This document shows positions 17,690 to 26,600 of a DNA stretch of 32,000 bases, piece by piece. This stretch comes from Candidatus Baldrarchaeota archaeon (GTDB taxonomy: Archaea; Asgardarchaeota; Baldrarchaeia; Baldrarchaeales; DXJG01), in NCBI GenBank assembly GCA_019056805.1, contig DXJG01000004.1:120001-152000 (forward strand). The letters are read 5' to 3'. A program made the translations under genes and the position numbers. How positions within the stretch are numbered: the first letter of the stretch is position 1; each line of letters opens with the position of its first letter. The notes under the pieces are model-generated. The model did not search any database and was not told the origin of the DNA. It saw only the letters and a list, made by a program, of their open reading frames with translations.

Positions 17690-17917
17690 ATGTCAAGAGC
17701 TCCTAAAGTTGACCACAACTTATGTAAAGGTCACGGCATTTGCTACGATGTTTGTCCAGCTGATCCAAAAGTCTATGAAATTAAAGGAGACCCACCTAAA
17801 GCATGGGTTGTAAACCCAGAAGCATGCATCGAATGTGAATCATGTGTTGCAAACTGTCCAGAAGGAGCAATAGAACTAGTAGATATTGAAGAAGCTGGAC
17901 CAAAACCAGAAAGTTAA
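17690..17917 (+). CDS. Dicluster-type ferredoxin (CxxHxxCxxxCP plus CxxCxxCxxxCP)
   Basis: CKGHGICYDVCP and CIECESCVANCPEGAI; ATG 17690 follows GGGAGGGAG. Confidence 0.9.
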   Translation: MSRAPKVDHNLCKGHGICYDVCPADPKVYEIKGDPPKAWVVNPEACIECESCVANCPEGAIELVDIEEAGPKPES

Positions 17918-17985
17918 ACAACTCTACATCTATATTTATTTTAAATAAAATATGGAAATGTTATGTATTTTTCATGAAATAATTG

Positions 17986-18600
17986 TTAATCGCTGTCACT
18001 AGTTGCTGCTTTTGAATAAGAGGAATAACCTAATTTTAATGCTTTTATATTTATTTCTCTCCAAGGCTCAGGCATTCTTGAAATAACCTTTTCAACATCT
18101 TCCAATTTTACGAAGCCATCAAGTATTTTGCTACCAAGCAATGCTCCAAGCATAACCATGTTTGCTGAAACATAGCTCCCAGCTTCTTCAGCAAGTTTAT
18201 CACCATCTAAAACCACTGTTTTTAGTCCACTTGATTTGATTTTCTCGATTATATCACTCATTTTAGGCATTTTTACTCCAGGAACATTAGGTCTGATTAA
18301 TCTTCTATTAAGAATAAGGAGTGTTTTCTTGTTCGCATAATTAATGTATCTCGCAGCTTCTAACAGTTCCATCGAAACTATTACATGAGCACCTTTTAAG
18401 GGTATTAGAGGAGATTCAACATCACCAATTCTTATGTGCGTTACCACGCTTCCTCCTCTTTGAGCCATGCCATGTACCTCTGCGGTTAAAACTTTAACTC
18501 CATTTAATATTGCCGCTTCAGCTAAAACTCTTCCAAATGTTATTAGTCCCTGGCCTCCAACACCAACAGCTAAAACATTCTTATACCTATTTTCTTTCAT
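17986..18600 (-). CDS. iorB: Indolepyruvate:ferredoxin oxidoreductase beta subunit
   Basis: GVGGQG, AEVHGMAQRGGSVVTHIRIG, MELLEAARY and ANMVMLGA. ATG 18600 follows GGTGGTG and sits directly after iorA. Confidence 0.93.
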   Translation of the reverse strand: MKENRYKNVLAVGVGGQGLITFGRVLAEAAILNGVKVLTAEVHGMAQRGGSVVTHIRIGDVESPLIPLKGAHVIVSMELLEAARYINYANKKTLLILNRRLIRPNVPGVKMPKMSDIIEKIKSSGLKTVVLDGDKLAEEAGSYVSANMVMLGALLGSKILDGFVKLEDVEKVISRMPEPWREINIKALKLGYSSYSKAATSDSD

Positions 18601-18602
18601 TT

Positions 18603-20513
18603 TCACCACCAAAGTTCCTTCCACTCTTTTCCAGGCTTAATTGTAGGTTCTATTGCTTTAACTGGACATACTTGGGCACAATCTCCACAACCAACACAAA
18701 GTGTTGGGTCTATGTAGGCTTTATTATCCTCTAATACTTGAATAGCTGGACAAGCAAACACGTTGTAGCATCTCGTGCATGCTGTACATTTTTCAAGGTC
18801 AACTCTGTAAACTGGTATCTTTATGTTTTTTCTGCGAGCATCTGAAGCAACAAGCAAGGCACATTTCCTCAAAGATACAACAACTGCTGGCTTTCCTTTT
18901 TCTTCGATAAATTTTAATGCTTTTGCAATCTTTTCTGCAGTTTCATCCAATTTGAAAGGATTTACAACATCTATATATTCTACCCCGATTGATTTAGCTA
19001 TTTCCTCTGGTCTTATTATTTTTGCCGTTTTCCCACTAGCTGTTATCCCTGTTCCCGGATGTGGTTGATGACCAGTCATCGCTGTTGTCCTATTATCCAA
19101 TATAATTGTTAAGAATGGAGTGTTGTTGTATACGGCATTTATTAGTGGAGGAATTCCTGCATGGAAAAATGTTGAATCACCTATAATTGCGATCATAGGT
19201 TGCTTAGTTGTTATTGCAAGTCCATTTGCTGCACCTATACTACCTCCCATTTCTATACATGTATCCTGCACCCTGTACGGTGGATTTAATCCGAGAGTAT
19301 AACAACCTATGTCTCCAAGATATACGGGTTTTATTTTCAACTTGCTTACAGCTTTTTTAAGAGCAAAAAAGGTTGCTCTATGAGGACATCCTGGGCAAAG
19401 AGTTGGGGGTCTTGGTGGAACTTCAATACTTATTTCTTGGTTGGTTTCTAACCATGGGATACTCTGTTTTGAAACATTTAGAAATTTTATCAGAGATTCT
19501 GCTACCCTATTTAACGTTAATTCTCCTTCTCTTGGGACAAGGTCTTTACCATGTACTTTAACTGTTATTCCCTCTTCTTGAACTATTGCTTTTATTTTCT
19601 CCTCAACTATCGGTTCCAATTCTTCTACAACAAGAACCTCTTCTGCATCCTTAACAGCTTCAACAACAAGTTTTCTCGGCACAGGGACCGTTGAACTTAT
19701 TTTAAGTACAGTTATTTCATCAAGTTTATCTATTTCTTTCAACACATCAACTACGTGTCCATAAGTTATTCCACAGGCCACTATAACTTTCTTTGAACCG
19801 GGATTTTCAATTTTATTAAAAGGAAAATCATTTACAGCTTCTTCTATCTTACTCCATCTTTCTAAAAGTTTTGGTCTAAGTTTTCGTGCGTGTGCAGGAA
19901 CTAAAACCCATCTTTTAACATCTTTCAAAAATTCTCCCTCAACTGGTTTCCTCAACTCCCCTAGTAGAATTGGGCCTCGTGCATGACTTATTCTTGTTGT
20001 TGTTCTTAAAATTACAGGATGCTCAAATTTTTCACTAAAATTGAAAATCTCCTTGGTGAGATCTTTTGCCTCTGCTGGGCTATACGGTTCAAAGACAGGT
20101 ATAAAGGCATGTAATCCGTACCATCTATTGTCTTGTTCATTTTGACTACTCCACATTCCAACGTCATCTGCTGTTACTATTACAAATCCTCCTCTAACCC
20201 CTGTGTATGCACTACTCATTAAGGGATCTGCTGCAACATTTAAGCCAACATGCTTCATACATGTTAGAGCTCTAACACCCGACATTGCTGCGCCGTAAGC
20301 TGCTTCAAAAGCAACTTTCTCGTTTGTACTCCACTCAACATGAATACCCAACACATTAGCATACCTTGCAAGAGTTTCCACAATTTCTGTTGAAGGAGTT
20401 CCAGGATAAGCTGAAGCAAAAGATATTCCAGCTTCCACAGCTCCTCTAGCTATCGCTTCATTCCCCATCAACAAAACAGTCTTACCAGCTTGCTCAAGAA
20501 AAACCTTAGACAT
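18603..20513 (-). CDS. iorA: Indolepyruvate:ferredoxin oxidoreductase alpha subunit
   Basis: LLMGNEAIARGA, YPGTPSTE, CMKHVGLNVAADP, SSQNEQDNR, RPPTLCPGCPHR, GDIGCYTL, GDSTFFHAG...N TPP motif and two C-terminal 4Fe-4S motifs. Confidence 0.95.
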   Translation of the reverse strand: MSKVFLEQAGKTVLLMGNEAIARGAVEAGISFASAYPGTPSTEIVETLARYANVLGIHVEWSTNEKVAFEAAYGAAMSGVRALTCMKHVGLNVAADPLMSSAYTGVRGGFVIVTADDVGMWSSQNEQDNRWYGLHAFIPVFEPYSPAEAKDLTKEIFNFSEKFEHPVILRTTTRISHARGPILLGELRKPVEGEFLKDVKRWVLVPAHARKLRPKLLERWSKIEEAVNDFPFNKIENPGSKKVIVACGITYGHVVDVLKEIDKLDEITVLKISSTVPVPRKLVVEAVKDAEEVLVVEELEPIVEEKIKAIVQEEGITVKVHGKDLVPREGELTLNRVAESLIKFLNVSKQSIPWLETNQEISIEVPPRPPTLCPGCPHRATFFALKKAVSKLKIKPVYLGDIGCYTLGLNPPYRVQDTCIEMGGSIGAANGLAITTKQPMIAIIGDSTFFHAGIPPLINAVYNNTPFLTIILDNRTTAMTGHQPHPGTGITASGKTAKIIRPEEIAKSIGVEYIDVVNPFKLDETAEKIAKALKFIEEKGKPAVVVSLRKCALLVASDARRKNIKIPVYRVDLEKCTACTRCYNVFACPAIQVLEDNKAYIDPTLCVGCGDCAQVCPVKAIEPTIKPGKEWKELWW

Positions 20514-20662
20514 TTGTATACACCCATGTGAAAATCAACAAGAGAACTAATAAGTTTTAGGATAGTTTACATTTCCAAAACAATGGCTTGAAATAAATAT
20601 TCCTAAAATATAAACAAACTTTATACCACATTGCTAACTTTTTGTATTATGTGTGAAGTAAA

Positions 20663-21562
20663 TTGAAACTCATCACCCTAACTAAGTTTAAACATATAAT
20701 TATCAGCATCTCCATATTGTTATTGATAGTTCTATTGGTTTTCATGCCAAGATTTAAAATATCTCCTCAAAATCACAAAATTTCGTCCTGGATATATCAA
20801 TTACAAAATGCAGATTTTTACGAGTTATTAGAAATAGATGTAGATTTACTGGTAATAGATCCAGATGACGCTGGATTTACCGAAAATCAGCTGAACACTT
20901 TAAGAGAATCTGGTAAACTAATTTTAGCTTATTTAAGTATAGGGGAAGCTGAGGATTACCGAAATTACTGGAAAAAGGAATGGTATGAAAACCCGCCGGA
21001 ATGGTTAGGTGAAGAAAATCCGGATTGGCCAGGATGCTATAAAGTTAAGTACTGGTACTCGGAGTGGCAAGCAATAGTATATTCTAGGCTAAATGAAACA
21101 ATTCTCAATGGCTACGATGGAGCATACTTGGATTGTATAGATGCATATGAATATTGGACTGAAAAGGGAATTGATGAGGCAAAAGAGTTAATGATAGAGT
21201 TTGTAATATCAATATCTGAAAAAGCTAAGTCTTTGAAACCTGGATTTTTGATATTTCCTCAAAACTGTCCAGAACTTGTAGCTGATTCAAGATATTCAAA
21301 TGCTATAGACGGCTTAGGTAAGGAGGATACCTGGTATATTGGAGATGAGCCAAGAAGTCAAGAAGATATAGAATATGATATATATTACCTAGATTTAGCG
21401 GTTAGAAAAGGTAAAACGGTTTTAGTAATTGATTATGTAACCGAATTAGATAAAATAATTGACTTCTTCAATAAAGCTAGGGAGAGAGGTTATATTCCAT
21501 ATGTTGGCCCTAGGGAACTTGATAAAATAGGGTATTACACTCCTCCATCAAATTCTACTTAA
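20663..21562 (+). CDS. Membrane-anchored endo-alpha-1,4-polygalactosaminidase-like glycoside hydrolase (GH114 / MJ1477-TM1410 / PelA-like)
   Basis: N-terminal hydrophobic anchor; WIYQLQ, AYLSIGEAEDYRNYW, LGEENPDWPG, GYDGAYLD, IFPQN and GKEDTWY. Confidence 0.85.
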   Translation: MKLITLTKFKHIIISISILLLIVLLVFMPRFKISPQNHKISSWIYQLQNADFYELLEIDVDLLVIDPDDAGFTENQLNTLRESGKLILAYLSIGEAEDYRNYWKKEWYENPPEWLGEENPDWPGCYKVKYWYSEWQAIVYSRLNETILNGYDGAYLDCIDAYEYWTEKGIDEAKELMIEFVISISEKAKSLKPGFLIFPQNCPELVADSRYSNAIDGLGKEDTWYIGDEPRSQEDIEYDIYYLDLAVRKGKTVLVIDYVTELDKIIDFFNKARERGYIPYVGPRELDKIGYYTPPSNST

Positions 21563-21583
21563 AATAAGAGAATATTGGTTAAA

Positions 21584-21964
21584 TTATTTCTTGGTTTTGA
21601 AAAACAACCAATTTTTAGGATCTTTCCCAGGTCTTAGTTTAATCAGAGCATATTTTCCCCGTAACCTTTTTCCCTGTAATTCAAAGACAATTTTCGTGTC
21701 GCTTCTTTCCAAAAGTCTATAAGTCCCCTTATCCCAAATCTCAACCTTCCCTGCCCCATAACCCTCAGGTATGATTCCTTCAAAGTCAGCATAGTCTAAT
21801 GAATGATCTTCAACTTGAACTGCAAGCCTCTTGACACCAGGTTCGCTAGGAGGTTCTTTTGGTATTGCCCAGCTTTTTAAAACTCCATCCATTTCGAGTC
21901 TTAAATCATAATGTAAGCGTCTAGCATAATGTTTCTGAATAACAAAAATAGGAGCTTTTTCCAT
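21584..21964 (-). CDS. Stand-alone LigD 3'-phosphoesterase (PE) domain protein
   Basis: FVIQKHYARRLHYDLRLEMDGVLKSWAIPKEP, RLAVQVEDHSLDYADFEG and GAGKVEIWDKG. Start likely ATG 21964; the ORF track starts at 22030. Confidence 0.92.
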   Translation of the reverse strand: MEKAPIFVIQKHYARRLHYDLRLEMDGVLKSWAIPKEPPSEPGVKRLAVQVEDHSLDYADFEGIIPEGYGAGKVEIWDKGTYRLLERSDTKIVFELQGKRLRGKYALIKLRPGKDPKNWLFFKTKK

Positions 21965-22203
21965 ATTGCTTGAAATAGTTGAGTTATTTGAGTTTTCTAA
22001 ATCTTCTTTTGACATTTCCATCAAGCTCAACCAAAATTAAATATTTTTAAACAATAAAGTAAGGGAGTATTTATATGTTTTATTACTATCCTCTGACACT
22101 ATTTTTAAATTTCCAATTCAACATAGTTCGTATATAGATGAAAACCAAACACATAATAACACATTTCTTAATTTGTTATACATAATTCCAAAGGTGAAAG
22201 ATA

Positions 22204-23310
22204 ATGACCAAAAACCAAATTTTTAGGGAAAGAGTAGAAAGATTTCAGCAATTAATGAAGGAAAACAACATTGATGCATCTATGATAAGAACATTGTCCT
22301 CCTTTATCTATTTTACTGGTCTCAAGTGGCTTAGACCTGCTTTACTTATACCTGCTGAAGGAGAGCCTACCGCATTTATTTTTGAATACGAAGCAGATGA
22401 GTTCAAAGAGAAAACTTGGGTCGAAAATGTTAAAACTTGGAGAAGAGCTCCGGAACTTATTGGATCAGTTACTAAAACGATAAGGGAAGGAAATTACAAA
22501 AAGGTTGGCTTCGATTATAGTGTTGAAAGAGATTCCTACGTTCTGTTTTTTGAATTATTTAAGAAACTTAATCCACAAATAGAAATAGTTGATGTACATG
22601 CATTAATAATGAAGCTTAGAATGATCAAAGACTCTAAAGAAATAGAATATATACAAAAAGCTTCAAACATCGCTGTTAAAGGTATTTCATCAGCCATAAA
22701 CGCTATCGACACAAATGTTAGCGAAGTAGATATTGCTGCAGAAGCAATTTACACAATGATGAAAAACGGATCAGAACATCCTCATGTATACGTCAACGTG
22801 GGATCTAGACCAAGAGTACACGCAGAACCCCGTGACAATGTAAGAGTTAAACCCGGAGACACCATTAACATTATAGTCGCTGCCGATTACAAAAATTATT
22901 ACAGCAATATGAGTAGAACAGTATTCATAGGAAGCCTTTCAGGAGAAAAGAGAAAAGCCTTTGAAACAATGATGGAAATACATAATTTAGCAACAAGTTC
23001 TCTTAAAGCGGGAATAAGATTCATTGAAATTGAAAATAAGATAAAAGAACTAATTGAAAAGAAAGGTCTCGGAAAATATTATGTGGAAGGATTTGTTCAT
23101 GGCGTCGGTCTTCTTATTGAAGAAGATCCTATAACTACTATTGTTGTTGCACATAGACGATATGAAGCTGTTGAAAATATGGTTTTAGCTTTCATTCATG
23201 CACCACTAACCATTCCAGATATTGGTTCCATAAAATGTGAAGATACATTTGCAGTAAAGGCAGACGGTGTGAAGAAGTTCACAGAATATGAATATGAAAT
23301 AACAAAATAA
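22204..23310 (+). CDS. M24 (Xaa-Pro peptidase / creatinase fold) family protein with an altered metal site
   Basis: Creatinase-like N-domain, LRMIKDSKEIEYI, SRT, HGVGL and KCEDT; several canonical ligands are substituted. Confidence 0.85.
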   Translation: MTKNQIFRERVERFQQLMKENNIDASMIRTLSSFIYFTGLKWLRPALLIPAEGEPTAFIFEYEADEFKEKTWVENVKTWRRAPELIGSVTKTIREGNYKKVGFDYSVERDSYVLFFELFKKLNPQIEIVDVHALIMKLRMIKDSKEIEYIQKASNIAVKGISSAINAIDTNVSEVDIAAEAIYTMMKNGSEHPHVYVNVGSRPRVHAEPRDNVRVKPGDTINIIVAADYKNYYSNMSRTVFIGSLSGEKRKAFETMMEIHNLATSSLKAGIRFIEIENKIKELIEKKGLGKYYVEGFVHGVGLLIEEDPITTIVVAHRRYEAVENMVLAFIHAPLTIPDIGSIKCEDTFAVKADGVKKFTEYEYEITK

Positions 23311-23520
23311 TCCTATAAAAAACGTTTGCATAAGTCTAATTTTAATTTTTAAATTTCCTTGGACATAACAACCCCTAATCAATATACTGCAAGAAAATTC
23401 TAATCTTTATTTGTGCAGTAAAACACACAACCAAATAATAAACCAAATTAAAATAACAAAATGTAAAGTAGATTTCTGATGAATCAACAAATAATATTAG
23501 TTGAGTTGCGGAAGTAGATT

Positions 23521-24120
23521 ATGGGATTTGATATGAAAGTTTTTGGTTTATCTTGTAGTGCTAGAAGACTTGGAAATACGGCAACCGCCGTTAGTATTGC
23601 TTTAAACCATTTAAAGAAAAAGAATGTCGAAACTGAACTTGTATATTTAATTGATTATGATATCAAACCTTGTAAAAACTGTAACATGGAATGTTATCAC
23701 GATAAGGAATGTCCTACTCCAGACGACTCTAAAAAACTTATAGATGTTCTTGAGAAATGTGATGGGTTAATTGTCGGGTCACCACTATATAATGGTACGA
23801 TACCAGCATTATTAGCAGCCTTTCTAGAAAGAAATCCATATCCCTATGACGAGATTTTAAAAGGCAAAGTTACTGCTGCCATAATTATTGGAAGTATAGG
23901 TGAAACCACCGCAGCTTCAATTCTTACCTCATGGCTTGCTCCAAATAAACATTTTATTGGTTGGATTGATCTAGATCCAAGAGCCACCGCCGCTAGAAAC
24001 CCTAAACTAAAGGATTCATGGCTTAAAGGAACCATCATGTACGATGAACACAACCAAGCAATGGTAACAAACTTAGCAGAAAGAGTTTACAGAAAACTAG
24101 TAGAAATACGAAAAACGTAG
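23521..24120 (+). CDS. Flavodoxin-fold iron-sulfur flavoprotein (Isf) / NADPH-dependent FMN reductase family
   Basis: GLSCSARRLGNT phosphate loop, CKNCNMECYHDKEC Cys cluster and IVGSPLYNGTIPA. Confidence 0.85.
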   Translation: MGFDMKVFGLSCSARRLGNTATAVSIALNHLKKKNVETELVYLIDYDIKPCKNCNMECYHDKECPTPDDSKKLIDVLEKCDGLIVGSPLYNGTIPALLAAFLERNPYPYDEILKGKVTAAIIIGSIGETTAASILTSWLAPNKHFIGWIDLDPRATAARNPKLKDSWLKGTIMYDEHNQAMVTNLAERVYRKLVEIRKT

Positions 24121-24256
24121 AACCCAGATTCTTAACAAGCAATAATCGTATGAAATAAAATATCACTTAGTTAGTTGTACTATTATTTTCCAAAGAAATA
24201 GTGAAAAAAGATTTTTATTTTCCTATTCCACACTGCGTTATTGTCGAGGCTGTAAT

Positions 24257-25795
24257 TTAGCGGAGATCTTCTGGGCTAACCCAGTCTGGGAACCACTTAT
24301 AATGTTCAAGTGGATACGCCTCTTTTAATCCGTCATACGTTGCTCTCGCCATTAAAATTTCTCCTCTTCTACCTCTGAACAGATTCACCAATTTCTTTTC
24401 CTCAAGTTCCAATAACATTTTGTCAAGTTCATCATCTGTAATAGAGAGGATCGTTTTCATGTCTTCTTTTGTCATGTAAAGTCCTGGATTTACAACGTAG
24501 TTCTCTGCCAAGACTTTAAGAACATCTTCCTGTGTTATGGGTTCTTTAACTATAGGAGGCTGAATCTTAAAGTATGGTACTGGGAATTTCAGTTGTTCAT
24601 CCATGCGGCGGAGAGGTGGACGAATATCACGTGATAAAAGTTTAGTTCCCTGCCTATATAGGATGAGTCTCATAATTTCATTTGTTCCTGCCACTATTTC
24701 CATAACTTTAGCGCTTCTAAATACTTCTTCAACTGGATAGAATTTTGTCCATCCATCACCGCCCATGCACTGTATTGCATCCATTGATATTTTCATGAGG
24801 GATTCCGTGGCAAAGAGTTTTGCCGTTGTTGCATCAAGAAGAGGTTGATATCCTTGATCCAAAAGATACGCTGCATAGTATACAATTAGCCTTGATAATC
24901 TATATCTCCAAATGATATCTGCTATCTTAAATTGATTCTCAGGTATATCGGCGGTTCTCGTACCAAATTGAACTCTTCTATTCGTATGAAAGACAGCATA
25001 TCGCAAAGATTCTTTCATTTGACCTAAGCATCCAGCTGCAACTACAGTGCGCTCCAAGTTAAAACCACTCATCATTATAAGCCAACCATAACCCGCTTTT
25101 CCAAGAAGATTCTCTTCTGGAACTCTTACCTCGTTAAAATCTAAGTAACCGTTAAATACACCTTCCCATCCTGATAGATCAGTTATTCTTTCAATAGAGA
25201 ACCCTGGTCTATCTTTTTCCACGATGAATGCTGAAAGATGTTGATATTTTCTCCTATCCTCTGGGTTATCACTCGTTTTAGCATATACTAAGTAAAATTC
25301 GGAGATTCCCGCATTTGTGATAAATCTCTTCTTTCCATTAATGACCCATTCATCTCCTTCTTTTCTTGCCACTGTTTCTATATTTGCAGCATCAGAACCA
25401 ACATAAGGCTCGGTGACACAAACACCTGTCAAAATTTCACCTTTTGCGATCTTAGGCAGCCACTTTTCCTTCTGTTCCTCAGTTCCAAAATGAACAAGTT
25501 GATGAGTACCGCCGAACATAGTGTCACTAAATGTCAAACCTATTGGTCCTAAACGAGACAATTCCTCAGCAAGAATACAACATGCAGTAACACCATACTC
25601 CTTCCCTAATCCACCGTATTTTTCAGGGATTAGTACACCAAACCATCCACGTTTCGCTACTTCCTTCATAATATCCCATGGAAACCGTTTCTTCCTCGTT
25701 ATCACAGTTACTTTCGGCATATATTCATCAGCAAAATCCTCCACTTCATCTGCAAGCTTTTTTTGCTTTTCGTTCCACCAAGGAAACTTTTCCAT
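24257..25795 (-). CDS. Acyl-CoA dehydrogenase with an about 125-aa C-terminal extension
   Basis: IPEKYGG, VTEPYVGSDA, INGKKRFITNA, ERTVVAA, RVQFG, QCMGGDGW and IVAGTNEI. ATG 25795 follows GAAGGTG. Confidence 0.93.
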   Translation of the reverse strand: MEKFPWWNEKQKKLADEVEDFADEYMPKVTVITRKKRFPWDIMKEVAKRGWFGVLIPEKYGGLGKEYGVTACCILAEELSRLGPIGLTFSDTMFGGTHQLVHFGTEEQKEKWLPKIAKGEILTGVCVTEPYVGSDAANIETVARKEGDEWVINGKKRFITNAGISEFYLVYAKTSDNPEDRRKYQHLSAFIVEKDRPGFSIERITDLSGWEGVFNGYLDFNEVRVPEENLLGKAGYGWLIMMSGFNLERTVVAAGCLGQMKESLRYAVFHTNRRVQFGTRTADIPENQFKIADIIWRYRLSRLIVYYAAYLLDQGYQPLLDATTAKLFATESLMKISMDAIQCMGGDGWTKFYPVEEVFRSAKVMEIVAGTNEIMRLILYRQGTKLLSRDIRPPLRRMDEQLKFPVPYFKIQPPIVKEPITQEDVLKVLAENYVVNPGLYMTKEDMKTILSITDDELDKMLLELEEKKLVNLFRGRRGEILMARATYDGLKEAYPLEHYKWFPDWVSPEDLR

Positions 25796-25917
25796 ATAAA
25801 CACCTTCCATTTCATCTTAACAAGTGAAGTTAAAGCATGATCTATAATAAAAATATACTAGTTACAATATTCTTCTCTTCTTTGCATATTCTATCATTAG
25901 AAGTAGTTTGGCTGAGG

Positions 25918-26400
25918 TTAAAGGCGCCTTAAAATTTCTAGTAGATTTTTAATGTCTTTGTTCATTTGGAGAAAACGTATGTTGCCGATTTCTCTGCGAA
26001 TATCTTCTAAGTGAACGGTTCTATCATCAACGTATAGTATTTGTTTTGGGTTTAATTTTATGCCTTTATTTTCTAGCGATTGTAATATCTCTTTTATCAT
26101 AAGGTGTTTATCTGGATGGAATTCAGCTTTTATGTAATCAAAATATTTTTCAATATCAAAAAGTTTGAGTGCTTGATGGACGTGTTCTGGTTTGTTCCAA
26201 GACGCTAAAGCTACAAATATTTTCCGCTTTTTAAGTTCTCTCAACAATTCCCTTACATCATTCTTCAGATTAACACGTTCACCTTTGACATCAATAATTG
26301 AATTTCTACTAATGCGTTTAAAAGGAAGAGTCAAGGCTGTGATATCCTCATGATCCCAAATTGTGCCATCTGCATCTAGGACAACAAGACGAATCCCCAC
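25918..26400 (-). CDS. Magnesium-dependent phosphatase-1 (MDP-1, HAD subfamily IIIC)
   Basis: VVLDADGTIW (DxD), ALASWN, PDKHLMI and YVDDR. Confidence 0.9.
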   Translation of the reverse strand: MGIRLVVLDADGTIWDHEDITALTLPFKRISRNSIIDVKGERVNLKNDVRELLRELKKRKIFVALASWNKPEHVHQALKLFDIEKYFDYIKAEFHPDKHLMIKEILQSLENKGIKLNPKQILYVDDRTVHLEDIRREIGNIRFLQMNKDIKNLLEILRRL

Positions 26401-26600
26401 TTTTAAACACCTTTAAGTTAAATCTATAGGTAGTTGAGGTTCCTTTCAAAGTTAATCTCAACCAACAACTTTTTGAAATGTAAAAGTTTTAAAAATGGAG
26501 GTATACAAAGGTTTTGTAGTAATGCCGGCTTGTTCATATTAATAAATGGATATATAAAGATGTTTCGATACAAATTGTTATATAACGATAATATTTATTA

